Assembly (NCBI GenBank): GCA_951406725.2
Contig: OX597838.1
Location: forward strand, 1-64,000
Length of the DNA: 64,000 nucleotides
Direction of reading: 5' to 3'
Source of the DNA: Octopus vulgaris
Taxonomy: Eukaryota
Each line of letters opens with the position of its first letter. Position 1 is the first letter of the stretch. The notes under the pieces are model-generated. The model saw only the letters and a list, made by a program, of their open reading frames with translations, did not search any database and was not told the origin of the DNA. A program made the position numbers and the translations under genes. Below are positions 13,908 to 25,940 of this stretch, in pieces.

Positions 13908-16807
13908 TCTATCTATATATATATATAAAATCCTTTGCATCGCTGTCTGTTTCCAAAGCATTCTCAAATGGCTGAACGAAATCAAATCAAATTTTACATG
14001 GTAAATACTATGAGACTCCAGGAGTGTCAACATGTACTTTTCGGGGATTAATTTACACTACATACAAAAATACAGGCATACTATACACAGTATATTAATA
14101 AACACACACACATCTACACATACATACCTGACAACTGACATGCGTGAAGTAGCCAGTGTGAATAGGAATTTTTATTTTCATTTCCATTAAAACAATACAC
14201 ATTTACTGTTCCATTACCAGTTAATAATTATCGCAACAGTTGCAAGGTTGGAAGGTAAAATATAAAATTCCTCGTCTCTCTGTAATAATTATTGTTGCAT
14301 TTCCTGTTAAATTAGCAGTTCCATACATGTGCTTCTATTTTGTTCATTTGCTTATATTTCGTTAATTTACACAGCATACAAAAATACAAACATACTGCAT
14401 ACATACAACTGCTTACAAAAATATTGATTAATGTATAATTTTGTCTATGTTCATAATTTTGTGTTTTACAATACTGCAAAAAATATGCCACCAAAGAAAA
14501 GATGTAATCTCTCAAACACATATAAAGCGAGGACAATTGCAGAAAACCAAAGGTGAGAGACTCAACAGAAAAGGGAGACGAGACTTTCTCAAGATCAGCA
14601 GAGGCATGCTGCAGCACGTCAAATGGAGTCTCAAGAGGGAAGGGTGATGAGACTTTCCCAAGATCAGCAGAGGCATGCTGCAGCACGTCAAATGGAGTCT
14701 CAAGAGGGAAGGGTGATGAGACTTTCCCAAGATCAGCAGAGGCATGCTGCAGCACGTCAAATGGAGTCTCAAGAGGGAAGGGTGATGAGACTTTCCCAAG
14801 ATCAGCAGAGGCATGCTGCAGCACGTCAAATGGAGTCTCAAGAGGGAAGGGTGATGAGACTTTCCCAAGATCAGCAGAGGCATGCTGCAGCACATCAAAT
14901 GGAGTCTCAAGAGGGAAGGGTGATGAGACTTTCTCAAGATCAGCAGAGGCATGCTGCAGCACGTCAAATGGAGTCTCAAGAGAGAAGGGTGATGAGACTT
15001 TCCCAAGATCAGCAGAGGCATGCTGCAGCACGTCAAATGGAGTCTCAAGAGAAAAGGGTGATGAGACTTTCCCAAGATCAGCAGAGGCATGCTGCAGCAC
15101 GTCAAATGGAGTCTCAAGAGGGAAGGGTGATGAGACTTTCTCAAGATCAGCAGAGGCATGCTGCAGCACGTCAAATGGAGTCTCAAGAGAGAAGGGTGAT
15201 GAGACTTTCCCAAGATCAGCAGAGGCATGCTGCAGCACATCAAATGGAGTCTCAAGAGAGAAGGGTGATGAGACTTTCCCAAGATCAGCAGAGGCATGCT
15301 GCCGCACATCAAATGGAGTCTCAAGAGAGAAGGGTGATGAGACTTTCCCAAGATCAGCAGAGGCATGCTGCAGCACGTCAAATGGAGTCTCAAGAGGGAA
15401 GGGTGATGAGACTTTCCCAAGATCAGCAGAGGCATGCTGCAGCACGTCAAATGGAGTCTCAAGAGGGAAGGGTGATGAGACTTTCTCAAGATCAGCAGAG
15501 GCATGCTGCAGCACGTCAAATGGAGTCTCAAGAGGGAAGGGTGATGAGACTTTCTCAAGATCAGCAGAGGCATGCTGCAGCACGTCAAATGGAGTCTCAA
15601 GAGGGAAGGGTGATGAGACTTTCCCAAGATCAGCAGAGGCATGCTGCAGCACGTCAAATGGAGTCTCAAGAGGGAAGGGTGATGAGACTTTCCCAAGATC
15701 AGCAGAGGCATGCTGCAGCACGTCAAATGGAGTCTCAAGAGGGAAGGGTGATGAGACTTTCTCAAGATCAGCAGAGGCATGCTGCAGCACGTCAAATGGA
15801 GTCTCAAGAGGGAAGGATGATGAGACTTTCTCAAGATCAGCAGAGGCATGCTGCAGCACGTGAAATGGAGTCTCAAGAGAGAAGGGTGATGAGACTTTCC
15901 CAAGATCAGCAGAAGCATGCTGCAGCACGTCAAATGGAGTCTCAAGAGGGAAGGGTGATGAGACTTTCCCAAGATCAGCAGAGGCATGCTGCAGCACGTC
16001 AAATGGAGTCTCAAGAGGGAAGGGTGATGAGACTTTCCCAAGATCAGCAGAGGCATGCTGCAGCACGTCAAATGGAGTCTCAAGAGGGAAGGGTGATGAG
16101 ACTTTCCCAAGATCAGCAGAGGCATGCTGCAGCACGTCAAATGGAGTCTCAAGAGGGAAGGGTGATGAGACTTTCCCAAGATCAGCAGAGGCATGCTGCA
16201 GCACGTCAAATGGAGTCTCAAGAGGGAAGGGTGATGAGACTTTCCCAAGATCAGCAGAGGCATGCTGCAGCACGTCAAATGGAGTCTCAAGAGGGAAGGG
16301 TGATGAGACTTTCCCAAGATCAGCAGAGGCATGCTGCAGCACGTCAAATGGAGTCTCAAGAGGGAAGGGTGATGAGACTTTCTCAAGATCAGCAGAGGCA
16401 TGCTGCAGCACGTCAAATGGAGTCTCAAGAGGGAAGGGTGATGAGACTTTCCCAAGATTATCTAAGGCATACTGCAACACTTAATGCTGAATCATTAGAA
16501 CAATGTTTAGCATGCCAGATTAGACAGAAGTCCAATACAATAGCTCTCAGAAATAGACCACATGCAAATTCGTTCTTCACAACTCCAGGAGCTGCTTTCA
16601 TATATGATCCATCCTAGTCTTATAAAAATGATAATTCTGTACAAATTCTCATTTCTGCAAAGCTTTCAAATTATCAAATGAAGCTAATAGCATGTGCTGC
16701 TCAGGCATTAAGGTAAGACTGCCAGCACTACCAGCTCCTCCTTCGGCCTCTTATGGATCTTCTGGAAAGCTTCCTTCCAGTCAAAGGATTTTCTGAACAA
16801 TATCAGC
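13908..16807 (+). mobile_element. Helitron 5' portion, truncated by an RTE insertion
   Basis: 5' a|TC start (TCTATCTATATATA..AAAA). Coding begins MPPKKR, then STPR-like repeats, AAFIYDPS*SY, HFCKAFK..E..SMCCSGIKVRLP..P.PP and SKDFLNNISQYN, all typical of the RepHel N-terminus. Confidence 0.85.
14485..16807 (+). pseudogene. Helitron RepHel N-terminal pseudogene with a 69-bp (23-aa) STPR-like tandem repeat
   Basis: ATG at 14485, in-frame TGA at 14554, ORF 14623-16617 of (MESQEGRVMRLSQDQQRHAAARQ)n, TAG at 16615, then a frameshifted Cys-rich region. Confidence 0.8.
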
Positions 16808-18729
16808 CAATACAACTTTCGTGCCAGGGAAAAGCACCACTGATGCCATATTTCTGGTGAGACAGTTGCAGGAGAAATACCTAGCCAAAGATAAAACTCT
16901 GTACCTGGCTTTCGTTGACTTGGAGAAAGCCTTTGACAGAGTCCCCCGATCCCTTATCTGGTGGTCAATGAGGAAACTAGGGATAGATAAATGGTTAGTG
17001 AGAGCTGTGCGTGCCATGTACAGGGACGCTGTTAGTAAGGTGAGGGTTGGCAACGAGTACAGTGAAGAATTCCGGGTGGAGGTTGGGGTCTACCAAGGCT
17101 CAGTCCTCAGCCTCATCCTATTTATCATAGTCCTCCAGGCAATAACGGAGGAATTCAAGACAGGATGCCCCTGGGAGCTCCTCTATGCTGACGACCTTGC
17201 TCTAATAGCTGAATCACTATCAGAACTCGAGGTGAAGTTTCAGGCGTGGAAGCAAGGATTAGAATCGAAGGGCTTTAGAGTCAATCTAGCTAAAACCAAA
17301 GTCCTAATAAGTAGGAAGGTAGACAAATCTCAAACGCCTTCAGGTAGATGGCCCTGCTCAATCTGTAGAAACTCTATAAGATGCACCAAGTGTAAGCTAT
17401 GGACACATAAGAGGTGCAGCAATGTCAAAGGAAGGCTAACTAGGAAGATAGTTTTTGTATGTGGCAGATGTTGTGGTTCAATAAAGACTGAAAATGTGCA
17501 GAGACCATCTTCCGCCACATTCCAGGGAGAAAAACTTGAAATAGTTGATAGTTTCCGTTACCTAGGTGACCAAGTCAGTAGCGGGGGTGGGTGTGCCGAA
17601 AGTGTAACTGCTAGAGTAAGAATAGCATGGGCAAAGTTCAGAGAGCTCTTACCTCTACTGGTGACAAAAGGCCTCTCGCTCAGAATAAAAGGCAGACTGT
17701 ATGACGCATGTGTGCGAACAGCCATGCTACATGGCAGTGAAACATGGGCCGTGACTGCTGAGGATATGTGTAAGCTTGCAAGAAATGAAGCCAGTATGCT
17801 CCGTTGGATGTGTAATGTCAGTGTTCATACCCGACAGAGTGTAAGTGCCTTGAGAGAAAAGTTGGACCTAAGAAGCATCAGATGTGGTGTGCAAGAGAGG
17901 CGTCTACGCTGGTATGGACACGTAGTAAGAATGGATGAAGATAGTTGTGTGAAAAAGTGCCACACCCTAGCGGTTGAGGGAACCTGTGGAAGAGGGAGGT
18001 AGACCCAGGAAAACCTGGGACGAGGTGGTGAAGAACGACCTTCGCGCTTTAGGTCTCACCGAGGAAATGACCAGAGACCGAGACCTTTGGAAGTATGCTG
18101 TGCGTGAGAAGACCCGGCAGGACACGTGAGGCCATAACCCATGGACCCTACCTGGGACGTAGTCAGTCCACCTGTGCATACCTTCTTGGGACACATAACT
18201 CTACTTGTGAAGACCTGTTGAGGCAAGTGAAAATCAAATCAAATCAAATCAAAATCGATGAACATCAATGGAATTTGTATTTTTGTGGTACCAGTGCCAG
18301 TGGCACATAAGAAAACCATCCGAAAGTGGCCGTAGCCAGTACCGCATCGACTGGCCTCCGTGCTGTGGGCACATAACAAACACCATCCGATCGTGGCCGT
18401 GCCAGCCTCGACTGGCCTCCATGCTGGTGGCACGTAAAAAACACCATCCGAGCGTGGCCGTTCGCCAGCCTCATCTGGCACCTGTGTCGGTGACACAAAA
18501 AAAAACACCATCCGAGCGTGGCCGTTCGCCAGCCTCGTCTGGCACCTGTGTCGGTGGCACATAAAAAGCACCCACTACACTCACGGAGTGGTTGGCATTA
18601 GGAAGGGCATCCAGCTGTAGAAACACTGCCAGATCTGACTGGCCTGGTGCAGCCTTCGGGCTTCCCAGACCCTAGTTGAACCGTCCAACCCATGCTAGCA
18701 TGGAAAGCGGACGTTAAACGATGATGATG
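16808..18729 (+). mobile_element. 5'-truncated RTE-clade LINE (RT with YADD, PHD-like insert, repetitive 3' UTR, (GAT)n tail)
   Basis: ORF 16821-18002 has FVDLEKAFDRV, QGSVLS, LLYADD, FRYLG and RLRWYGHV. Confidence 0.95.
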
Positions 18730-18800
18730 ACACACACATACATATATATTTACACACACATACATATATACACACACACATATATATATACATACACACA

Positions 18801-18832
<32 letters not shown>

Positions 18833-18859
18833 TTATGCCAAGTCACTCTGCAGTGCTAC

Positions 18860-19015
18860 TGGTAACATGTAACCAGTACAACCTGTTGCATGGTCGGGTC
18901 GGCGGCGACTAAACTGCTTGGTGAGGAGGGTGTGTTGGACACCCTGTGGGATAAAAAAAATAAGACCCGTCAAAGGGCGGAGGAACTCCATGAACAGTGA
19001 ATGGCTACCCAACAA
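18860..19015 (+). mobile_element. Fragment similar to a putative RTE 5' UTR
   Basis: GGCGACTAAAC..TTGGTGAGGAGGGTGT..CACCCTG..CGTCAAAGGGCGGAGGAACTC matches the minus strand of 51175-51303. Confidence 0.5.
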
Positions 19016-19086
19016 AATGTTTGTAAAAAGAAAAAGGAAAAAATGCCTGTAGTATATATCATGTCATATTTTAAATCATATTTCTA

Positions 19087-19123
<37 letters not shown>

Positions 19124-19439
19124 TTTTACACTTTATTTCTATTTTATTTTATTTTTTATTTTATTTTTTTTAAGTATATCCTTGTAAGTGTGTGTGGGTC
19201 AGGTCAGACTAGTGGTGCTATTTAAACCCTTTGGTCATGCATTATTCCCCAGAACTACTCTGCTTGTTACCTTCTCCCATGTGTGACAAAATGACTAGCT
19301 ACGTTGTCTGGCTTCTTCACCTTTAATTGTACATTATTCATCTATTTGTGGTTCTACCCTGTTAATACTAACCCACCTTCAATTTAATTTAATTAACTTA
19401 TCATAATCGTAATTCTGTCTCTCATAGCCGAGGTATCTT

Positions 19440-19617
19440 CCATATTGTGCATGGAGGCCATGGAGTTGGCTCCCATAAAGAGGAAGGAATGAAGCTTCTA
19501 GAGTTCTGTGATGCAAATAACCTAATGATCTGCAACACCAACTTTGGGAAACCTGCCAGTCACCTGATAAGCTGTCAATCTGGAGCCAAGCTAGCCAGAA
19601 TGACTATATTCTTACCA
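19440..19617 (+). mobile_element. RTE AP-endonuclease fragment
   Basis: HGGHGVGS..EEG.KLLEFCDANNLMICNTNF.KP, similar to 36183-36960. Confidence 0.85.
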
Positions 19618-20250
19618 GGGCAGCACTACCTCCTCCAGGTACTTGATGTAGGCCTCTGTGTTGAGCCTGAGGCCATGTGGGAAGATCACTCCAAACACCA
19701 TGATGCTGACTGGATGTTTGACTTATCACTCTCGGTACATGTTAAGGGGACACAGCAAGCCAATGGTTGTTCTGTGTGTTCACCATCTGGCCCTGGCGGA
19801 AATTTTTCTCAACTGAAAAAAACCAAACCATGTTTGGTTGGAGGGGATGCTTGAGTTTGTTCAGAAACTTCGTAGCAGGGTTTTTACTCTTGTCTTTAAA
19901 GGCTTGGGATGAAAATTGACCCTCTCTCATTTTGACAAGGAATACCGAATGTCTTCATGAACTCTGCCTGATAAGAAACTCAGACACAAATTCAGGAGTT
20001 CTTTTCTTATCGGAATGATCAAAGTGAGTTTTCTGAGTTGCTGTAACTTCGTAATCACCATTAAATTCATCCAACTCATTCTGAACCCTCTGCACTGTCT
20101 TTAGATTCACACCCAAACACTCTGAAATGTTCTTATTGGAACTTCCAGCACGAATGCCAAATCATTACAGCATGTCGTTTCCAAATTTCTAGCAGAGTGA
20201 ATTGTATCATGGTGCTGGTTTTCGTTGACAAAATCAAAAACAATGCACAT
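19618..20250 (-). mobile_element. Tc1/mariner-superfamily transposase remnant
   Basis: LNKLKHPLQPNMVWFFSVEKNF (decayed FSDEK), NTQNN.WLA, FPHGLRLNTEAYIKYLEEVVLP and an N-terminal HTH-like ISECLGVNLKTVQRV. Confidence 0.85.
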
Positions 20251-20672
20251 ACATTATATATATATATATATATATACATACATACATTATATATATATAC
20301 ATACATACATTATATATATATACATACATACATTATATATATATACATACATACATTATATATATATACATAAGTACATTATATATATATATACATAAAT
20401 ACATTATATATATATATACATAAATACATTATATATATATATACATAAATACATTATATATATATACATACATACAGTATATATATATACATAAATACAG
20501 TATATATATATACATACATACAGTATATATATATACATACATACAGTATATATATATACATACATACATTATATATATATATACATACATTATATATATA
20601 TATATATATAAATACATTATATATATATATACATACATTATATATATATATACATACATACATTATATATAT

Positions 20673-20705
<33 letters not shown>

Positions 20706-20831
20706 CATACATACATTATATATATATACATACATACATTATATATATATATATATATACATACATACATTATATATATATACATACATACATTATATAT
20801 ATATATTTATATATATATATATATATATATA

Positions 20832-20882
<51 letters not shown>

Positions 20883-20911
20883 GTATGTATATATATTTAT
20901 ATATATATATA

Positions 20912-20947
<36 letters not shown>

Positions 20948-21002
20948 AACGTTCGCCAGCCTCGTCTGGCACCTGTGTCGGTGGCACATAAAAAAAAGCA
21001 TC

Positions 21003-21355
21003 CATAAGTCGGAGGGCAGAAAAAGCGCTACAAGGATAGTCTCAAGGTCTCTCTCAAAGACTTCTCCATCGGAACAGAGACCTGGGAGACGCTGCCAACC
21101 GCTCATCCTGGCACAGCGCAATCACCGTGGGAGCAGGGACAGCCGAGGAGGGACAGATTCGGTCAGCGGAGCAGAAACGTCAGATGCGTAAAGTCAGAGC
21201 CGCCTGCACCAGTAGCACGGCCCCTACCCACTTCTGCCCCACCTGTGGGAGGGGCTTCCTTGCCCGGATTGGCCTCACCAGCCACCTCCGGTCTCATGGC
21301 GCCAGTTCCATCAGATGATGTCAGTTGGTCATCTTCGAACCGAAGGACGAACATT
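21003..21355 (+). mobile_element. 3' end of a different RTE family (BovB-like) with a C-terminal C2H2 finger
   Basis: GGQKKRYKDSLKVSLKDFSI, CPTCGRGFLARIGLTSHLRSH, and a 3' stem-loop CTTCGAACCGAAG. Confidence 0.85.
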
Positions 21356-21477
21356 ATTATATATATATATATAAATATATATACATACATTATATATAAA
21401 TATATATACATACATTATATATATATATAAATATATATACATACATTATATATATATATAAATATATATACATACAT

Positions 21478-21508
<31 letters not shown>

Positions 21509-21824
21509 ATATATATACATACATTATATATATTTATATATATATATAAATATATATACATACATTATATATTTATATATATATATATAAATATATATAC
21601 ATACATTATATATATTTATATATATATATAAATATATATACATACATTATATATATTTATATATATATATAAAAATATATACATACATTATATATATTTA
21701 TATATATATATATAAAAATATATACATACATTATATATATATATAAAAATATATACATACATTATATATATATATATAAATATATATACATACATTATAT
21801 ATATATATAAAAATATATACATAC

Positions 21825-21920
<96 letters not shown>

Positions 21921-21983
21921 CATACATTATATATATATATATATATACATACATACATTATATATATATATATATATACATAC

Positions 21984-22043
<60 letters not shown>

Positions 22044-22047
22044 CATT

Positions 22048-22325
22048 ATCATCATCATCATCATTTTTTAACGTCCGCTTTCCATGCTAGCATGGGTTGG
22101 ACGGTTCAACTGGGGTCTGGGTAGCCCGAAGGCTGCACCAGGCCAGTCAGATCTGGCAGTGTTTCTACAGCTGGATGCCCTTCCTAACGCCAACCACTCC
22201 GAGAGTGTAGTGGGTGATTTTATGTGCCACCGACACAGGTACCAGACGAGGCTGGCAGACGGCCACGCTCGGATGGTGTTTTTATGTGCCACCGACACAG
22301 GTTCCAGACGAGGCTGGCGAACGTT
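22048..22325 (-). mobile_element. RTE 3' UTR fragment (similar copies at 26905-27055, 29107-29310, 31807-32290, 37573-37707)
   Basis: (CAT)n followed by TTTAACGTCCGCTTTCCATGCTAGCATGGGTTGG. Confidence 0.9.
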
Positions 22326-22494
22326 TATATTATATATATATATATAAATATATATACATACATTATATATATATATATAAATATATATATATATACATAC
22401 ATTATATATATATATATATAAATATATATACATACATTATACATATATATATATACATACATTATATATATATATAAATATATATACATACATT

Positions 22495-22539
<45 letters not shown>

Positions 22540-22542
22540 CAT

Positions 22543-22577
<35 letters not shown>

Positions 22578-23009
22578 TACATACATTATATATATATATA
22601 TATAAATATATACATACATTATATATATATATATATATATATAAATATATACATACATTATATATATATATATATATAAATATATACATACATTATATAT
22701 ATATATATATAGATATATACATACATTATATATATATATATATAAATATATATACATACATTATATATATATATATAAATATATATACATACATTATATA
22801 TATATATATAAATATATATACATACATTATATATATATATATATATATATATATACTCTTTTACTTGTTTCAGCCATCCGGCTGAGGCCATGCTGGGGCA
22901 CCGCCCTTGTTGCTACCCTCTCTAAGTCCAGTTTGCCATGGCTGGCTACTGATCTAAGAGAGAGTTTGTAGCTGCTGCCCTTAGGTTACCTTCGTACCTT
23001 GCAGTGGGT

Positions 23010-25940
23010 TCATCTGGGATCCCGGAAAGCAGCTTGTCTAGATGTTTTTTTGAAAACGTCCACATCCGCATCATGTAGATCTCTTAGTTTTCTTGGCAGT
23101 TTGTTGAACAGCTGAGGGCCCCTGAACCCCAGGCTATTACAGTATCTGCTCCTTACCCTGGATGTGGAAGACGGGACCTTTGGCACCACACAGTGACGTC
23201 CTGTACGGGGATTGGAACAGCTCTCAATTCCAAAATTTGGTGCTAGTCCCTCCAGGATTTTCCATATGTATATCACTGCATATCTCTCTCGTCTTCGTTC
23301 CAAGGAGTACAAATTGAGTTCCCTAAGCCTCTCCCAATAGTTCTTTTCTTTCATGGTGGAAATCCTCTTGGTGAAATATCTTTGGATTGTCTCAAGCTCT
23401 GTGGTTAGTTTGACACTATGCGGTGACCAGAGTTGGGAGCAGTAGTCCAGGCGGCTTAGGACAAATGTCCTCCATAGTGTCAACATGGTCTCGCAGTCTC
23501 TTGTCCGGAATGTCCTCAGGATCCAGCCAGTGAGTCGTCTGCACATTGTCGCCACCTTCGCGATGTGTGAAGAAAAAGATGCATCGTCACTCATGTCTAT
23601 CCCCAGGTCCCGTATTGATTTCGATACTGGGATTTCGATCCCTCCTGGACCAGTATAGTTGTGTTGTAATGTATATGTGTTTACAGCTTGATATTGTAAG
23701 GCTTGAAATTTACCAGCATTAAATTGCATGTTGTTGTCTTCAGCCCATTTGTATATGGCATCCAGATCTTGTTGTAAAAGGTCAGCATCAGCTGGGTTTT
23801 TGATTGCCTGTGCTACCTTTGTGTCATCAGCATAGCTAGTGAGGGATGTTGTTTGTGCTACCAAGGGCATGTCAGAGAGCGCCACCAAAAACAGCAAGGG
23901 TCCCAAGACTGTGCCCTGTGGCACCCCGCTTGCTATTGGTGTCTTTCCCGAGAGGGCTCCATTGGCTGCAACCATCTGGCTTCTGTCCTTCAGGAAGTCA
24001 TGTATCCACTCACCTACTTTTCCTGTTATGCCGAGTCTGAGTAATTTGTGACATATCACTCCGTGGTCGACTTTGTCAAAGGCCTTCGCAAAGTCGAGAT
24101 ATACCACATCCACCTGTGAGCGATCCAGTAGTTGTTTCAGTACCCAGTCGTAGTGTTGTAACAGCTGCGTAAGGCAGCTTCTTCCTGGGCGAAAGCCATG
24201 CTGTGTGTCAGTGAGACGGTTAGTTTCTTCGAGGAACGTGATCAGTTTTTTTCTGATGATTCGTTCCATGACCTTACTTATGTGTGACGTCAGGGAGACT
24301 GGCCTGTAGTTTTTGGCCTCTGCTCTACTCCCTCCTTTGTGGATAGGGCATATGGTGCCTTCTTTTAGCGCCCTGGGCAGTTTACCGTTAGCCAAGGAAC
24401 CACTGAAGAGCTTCTTCAGTGGTCCCGCTAGGGCATGCCTGCATGTTTTTAGGAGGACTGCTGGGAATCCATCTGGTCCAGCAGCTGAGTTTATTCTCAT
24501 TTCTTCTATGGCAGATATTACATCCCTCTCTGTTATGTCTATGTGGTCGATGGTTGTTGTTTGGTTTTGGAGTGTTGTGGCATCAAAGAAAACTTCTGGG
24601 TTTGTGATTTGCATGTGCCCCAGAGGGGATGTGAACACACTTTTATACTGTTCCTTTAGTATTTCACTTATCCCTTGGGGGTCCTCAGTTAGAGAGCCCT
24701 TTTTATCAAAGAGTGGGCCAATCTTGCAGTGTACCGAGGTGGTTTCTTTCACAAATTTAAAGAAGGCTTTAGGGTTTGTTTTAATATTCTCTATGGCCCT
24801 GGCTTCTCTCTCTGCCCTCTCCTCATAGGAAAGTTTGAGTGCAGTTTCCGTTTCAAAAAGTTTCAGGTGGAGTCCCTCATTGTTTCTCTGCCGTGCATTC
24901 AGTTGCTTCGAGAGCTTAGCTCTTCGCCTCATAAGTATTTTCCTGTCTCTGGGAATAACGTTCCTATGCCCGCTGGCTTTTTTCTCCGGGACAAACTTAT
25001 GGCATATGTTCTGTATTGTTGTCATGAAATGTTGGAAATGTGTGTTGGTGTATTGTGTGGTGATGAAGTCACTCCAGTCATGTTTTCGGATCTCTTCGTT
25101 GATCTTCTTCCAGTTTGCCTTATGGAAGTTTAGACTGGATAGGCCTGTGGTATTTTCTAATGGCTGCGTCTCAACTAACTCTCTCATACCATATATCATT
25201 ACCTCTACTAAGTTGTGATCTGAGAGAATTGTTGGTGTTACCATTATGTTGTGGATGAGCATTGGGTTGCTTGTGAAACAGAGGTCCAAGACATTCTCAC
25301 CTCTTGTTGGCCGAAGCACTGCTTGTTCCATGAAAAACTTGCGTGTGAGAGCCAACAAGGACTCTGTCTGTCTCTGTTCAAGTGATGTCATTCCAGGGAG
25401 ATGGCCATCTGGCCATTTGACTTTCGGAAGGTTAAAATCTCCCAGCAGTAGAATGGTGTTACCCTGGTCCAGTTTGTCCAGGACTTCTTCTATTCTTCTG
25501 AGGCTATCTTCAAACACTCCTTCATGACTAGGGGTGTCTGGTGGCCGATATGTGACACATATTACTATTTTCGGTTGTTTCATGTGTACTATCAGTGTGT
25601 CACAGACTGAGTTTGAGTGTGTCAACAGTACTATGGGTGTGACATCTTCACGGATGTACAGGGCAACCCCACCATGAGTTCTTTCCTTCCTGTCTGACCG
25701 AAAAACAGTATACTTTGGTATGTGTATTTCTGCATCTGCTATACTGCTTGATAGGTGCGTTTCAGTCAGTGCTATGCATATTGCATGGTTGCTTGTGCTT
25801 AAGTCCCTAAGGTAAGGAATTTTACTCATATTAGTGGGTTTCACCAGACCTCTGACATTCAGCAGAAGCACTGGTGAGATATTTGGGGTGTCAATAAAGG
25901 CTGACGGTGTGGCACCTGGGCTGGTGTCAGCGGTGGCCAC
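23010..25940 (-). CDS. LINE ORF2: AP endonuclease + reverse transcriptase; C-terminal frameshift in an A-run near 23050
   Basis: LNVRGL, LTETHL, YRPP, LGDFN, LDL, SDH, NYRPVSLTS, QHGFR, YLDFAKAFDKV, GVPQG, YADD, SLERRRER. The ORF-track start is GTG, not ATG. Confidence 0.92.
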   Translation of the reverse strand: MATADTSPGATPSAFIDTPNISPVLLLNVRGLVKPTNMSKIPYLRDLSTSNHAICIALTETHLSSSIADAEIHIPKYTVFRSDRKERTHGGVALYIREDVTPIVLLTHSNSVCDTLIVHMKQPKIVICVTYRPPDTPSHEGVFEDSLRRIEEVLDKLDQGNTILLLGDFNLPKVKWPDGHLPGMTSLEQRQTESLLALTRKFFMEQAVLRPTRGENVLDLCFTSNPMLIHNIMVTPTILSDHNLVEVMIYGMRELVETQPLENTTGLSSLNFHKANWKKINEEIRKHDWSDFITTQYTNTHFQHFMTTIQNICHKFVPEKKASGHRNVIPRDRKILMRRRAKLSKQLNARQRNNEGLHLKLFETETALKLSYEERAEREARAIENIKTNPKAFFKFVKETTSVHCKIGPLFDKKGSLTEDPQGISEILKEQYKSVFTSPLGHMQITNPEVFFDATTLQNQTTTIDHIDITERDVISAIEEMRINSAAGPDGFPAVLLKTCRHALAGPLKKLFSGSLANGKLPRALKEGTICPIHKGGSRAEAKNYRPVSLTSHISKVMERIIRKKLITFLEETNRLTDTQHGFRPGRSCLTQLLQHYDWVLKQLLDRSQVDVVYLDFAKAFDKVDHGVICHKLLRLGITGKVGEWIHDFLKDRSQMVAANGALSGKTPIASGVPQGTVLGPLLFLVALSDMPLVAQTTSLTSYADDTKVAQAIKNPADADLLQQDLDAIYKWAEDNNMQFNAGKFQALQYQAVNTYTLQHNYTGPGGIEIPVSKSIRDLGIDMSDDASFSSHIAKVATMCRRLTGWILRTFRTRDCETMLTLWRTFVLSRLDYCSQLWSPHSVKLTTELETIQRYFTKRISTMKEKNYWERLRELNLYSLERRRERYAVIYIWKILEGLAPNFGIESCSNPRTGRHCVVPKVPSSTSRVRSRYCNSLGFRGPQLFNKLPRKLRDLHDADVDVFKKTSRQAAFRDPR

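Noticed and set aside
14312-16480. Alternative-frame and antisense ORFs over the 69-bp repeat; CRISPR-like appearance
   Set aside because: They are by-products of a nearly stop-free unit. Only the MESQE frame connects to Helitron motifs, and there are no unique spacers.
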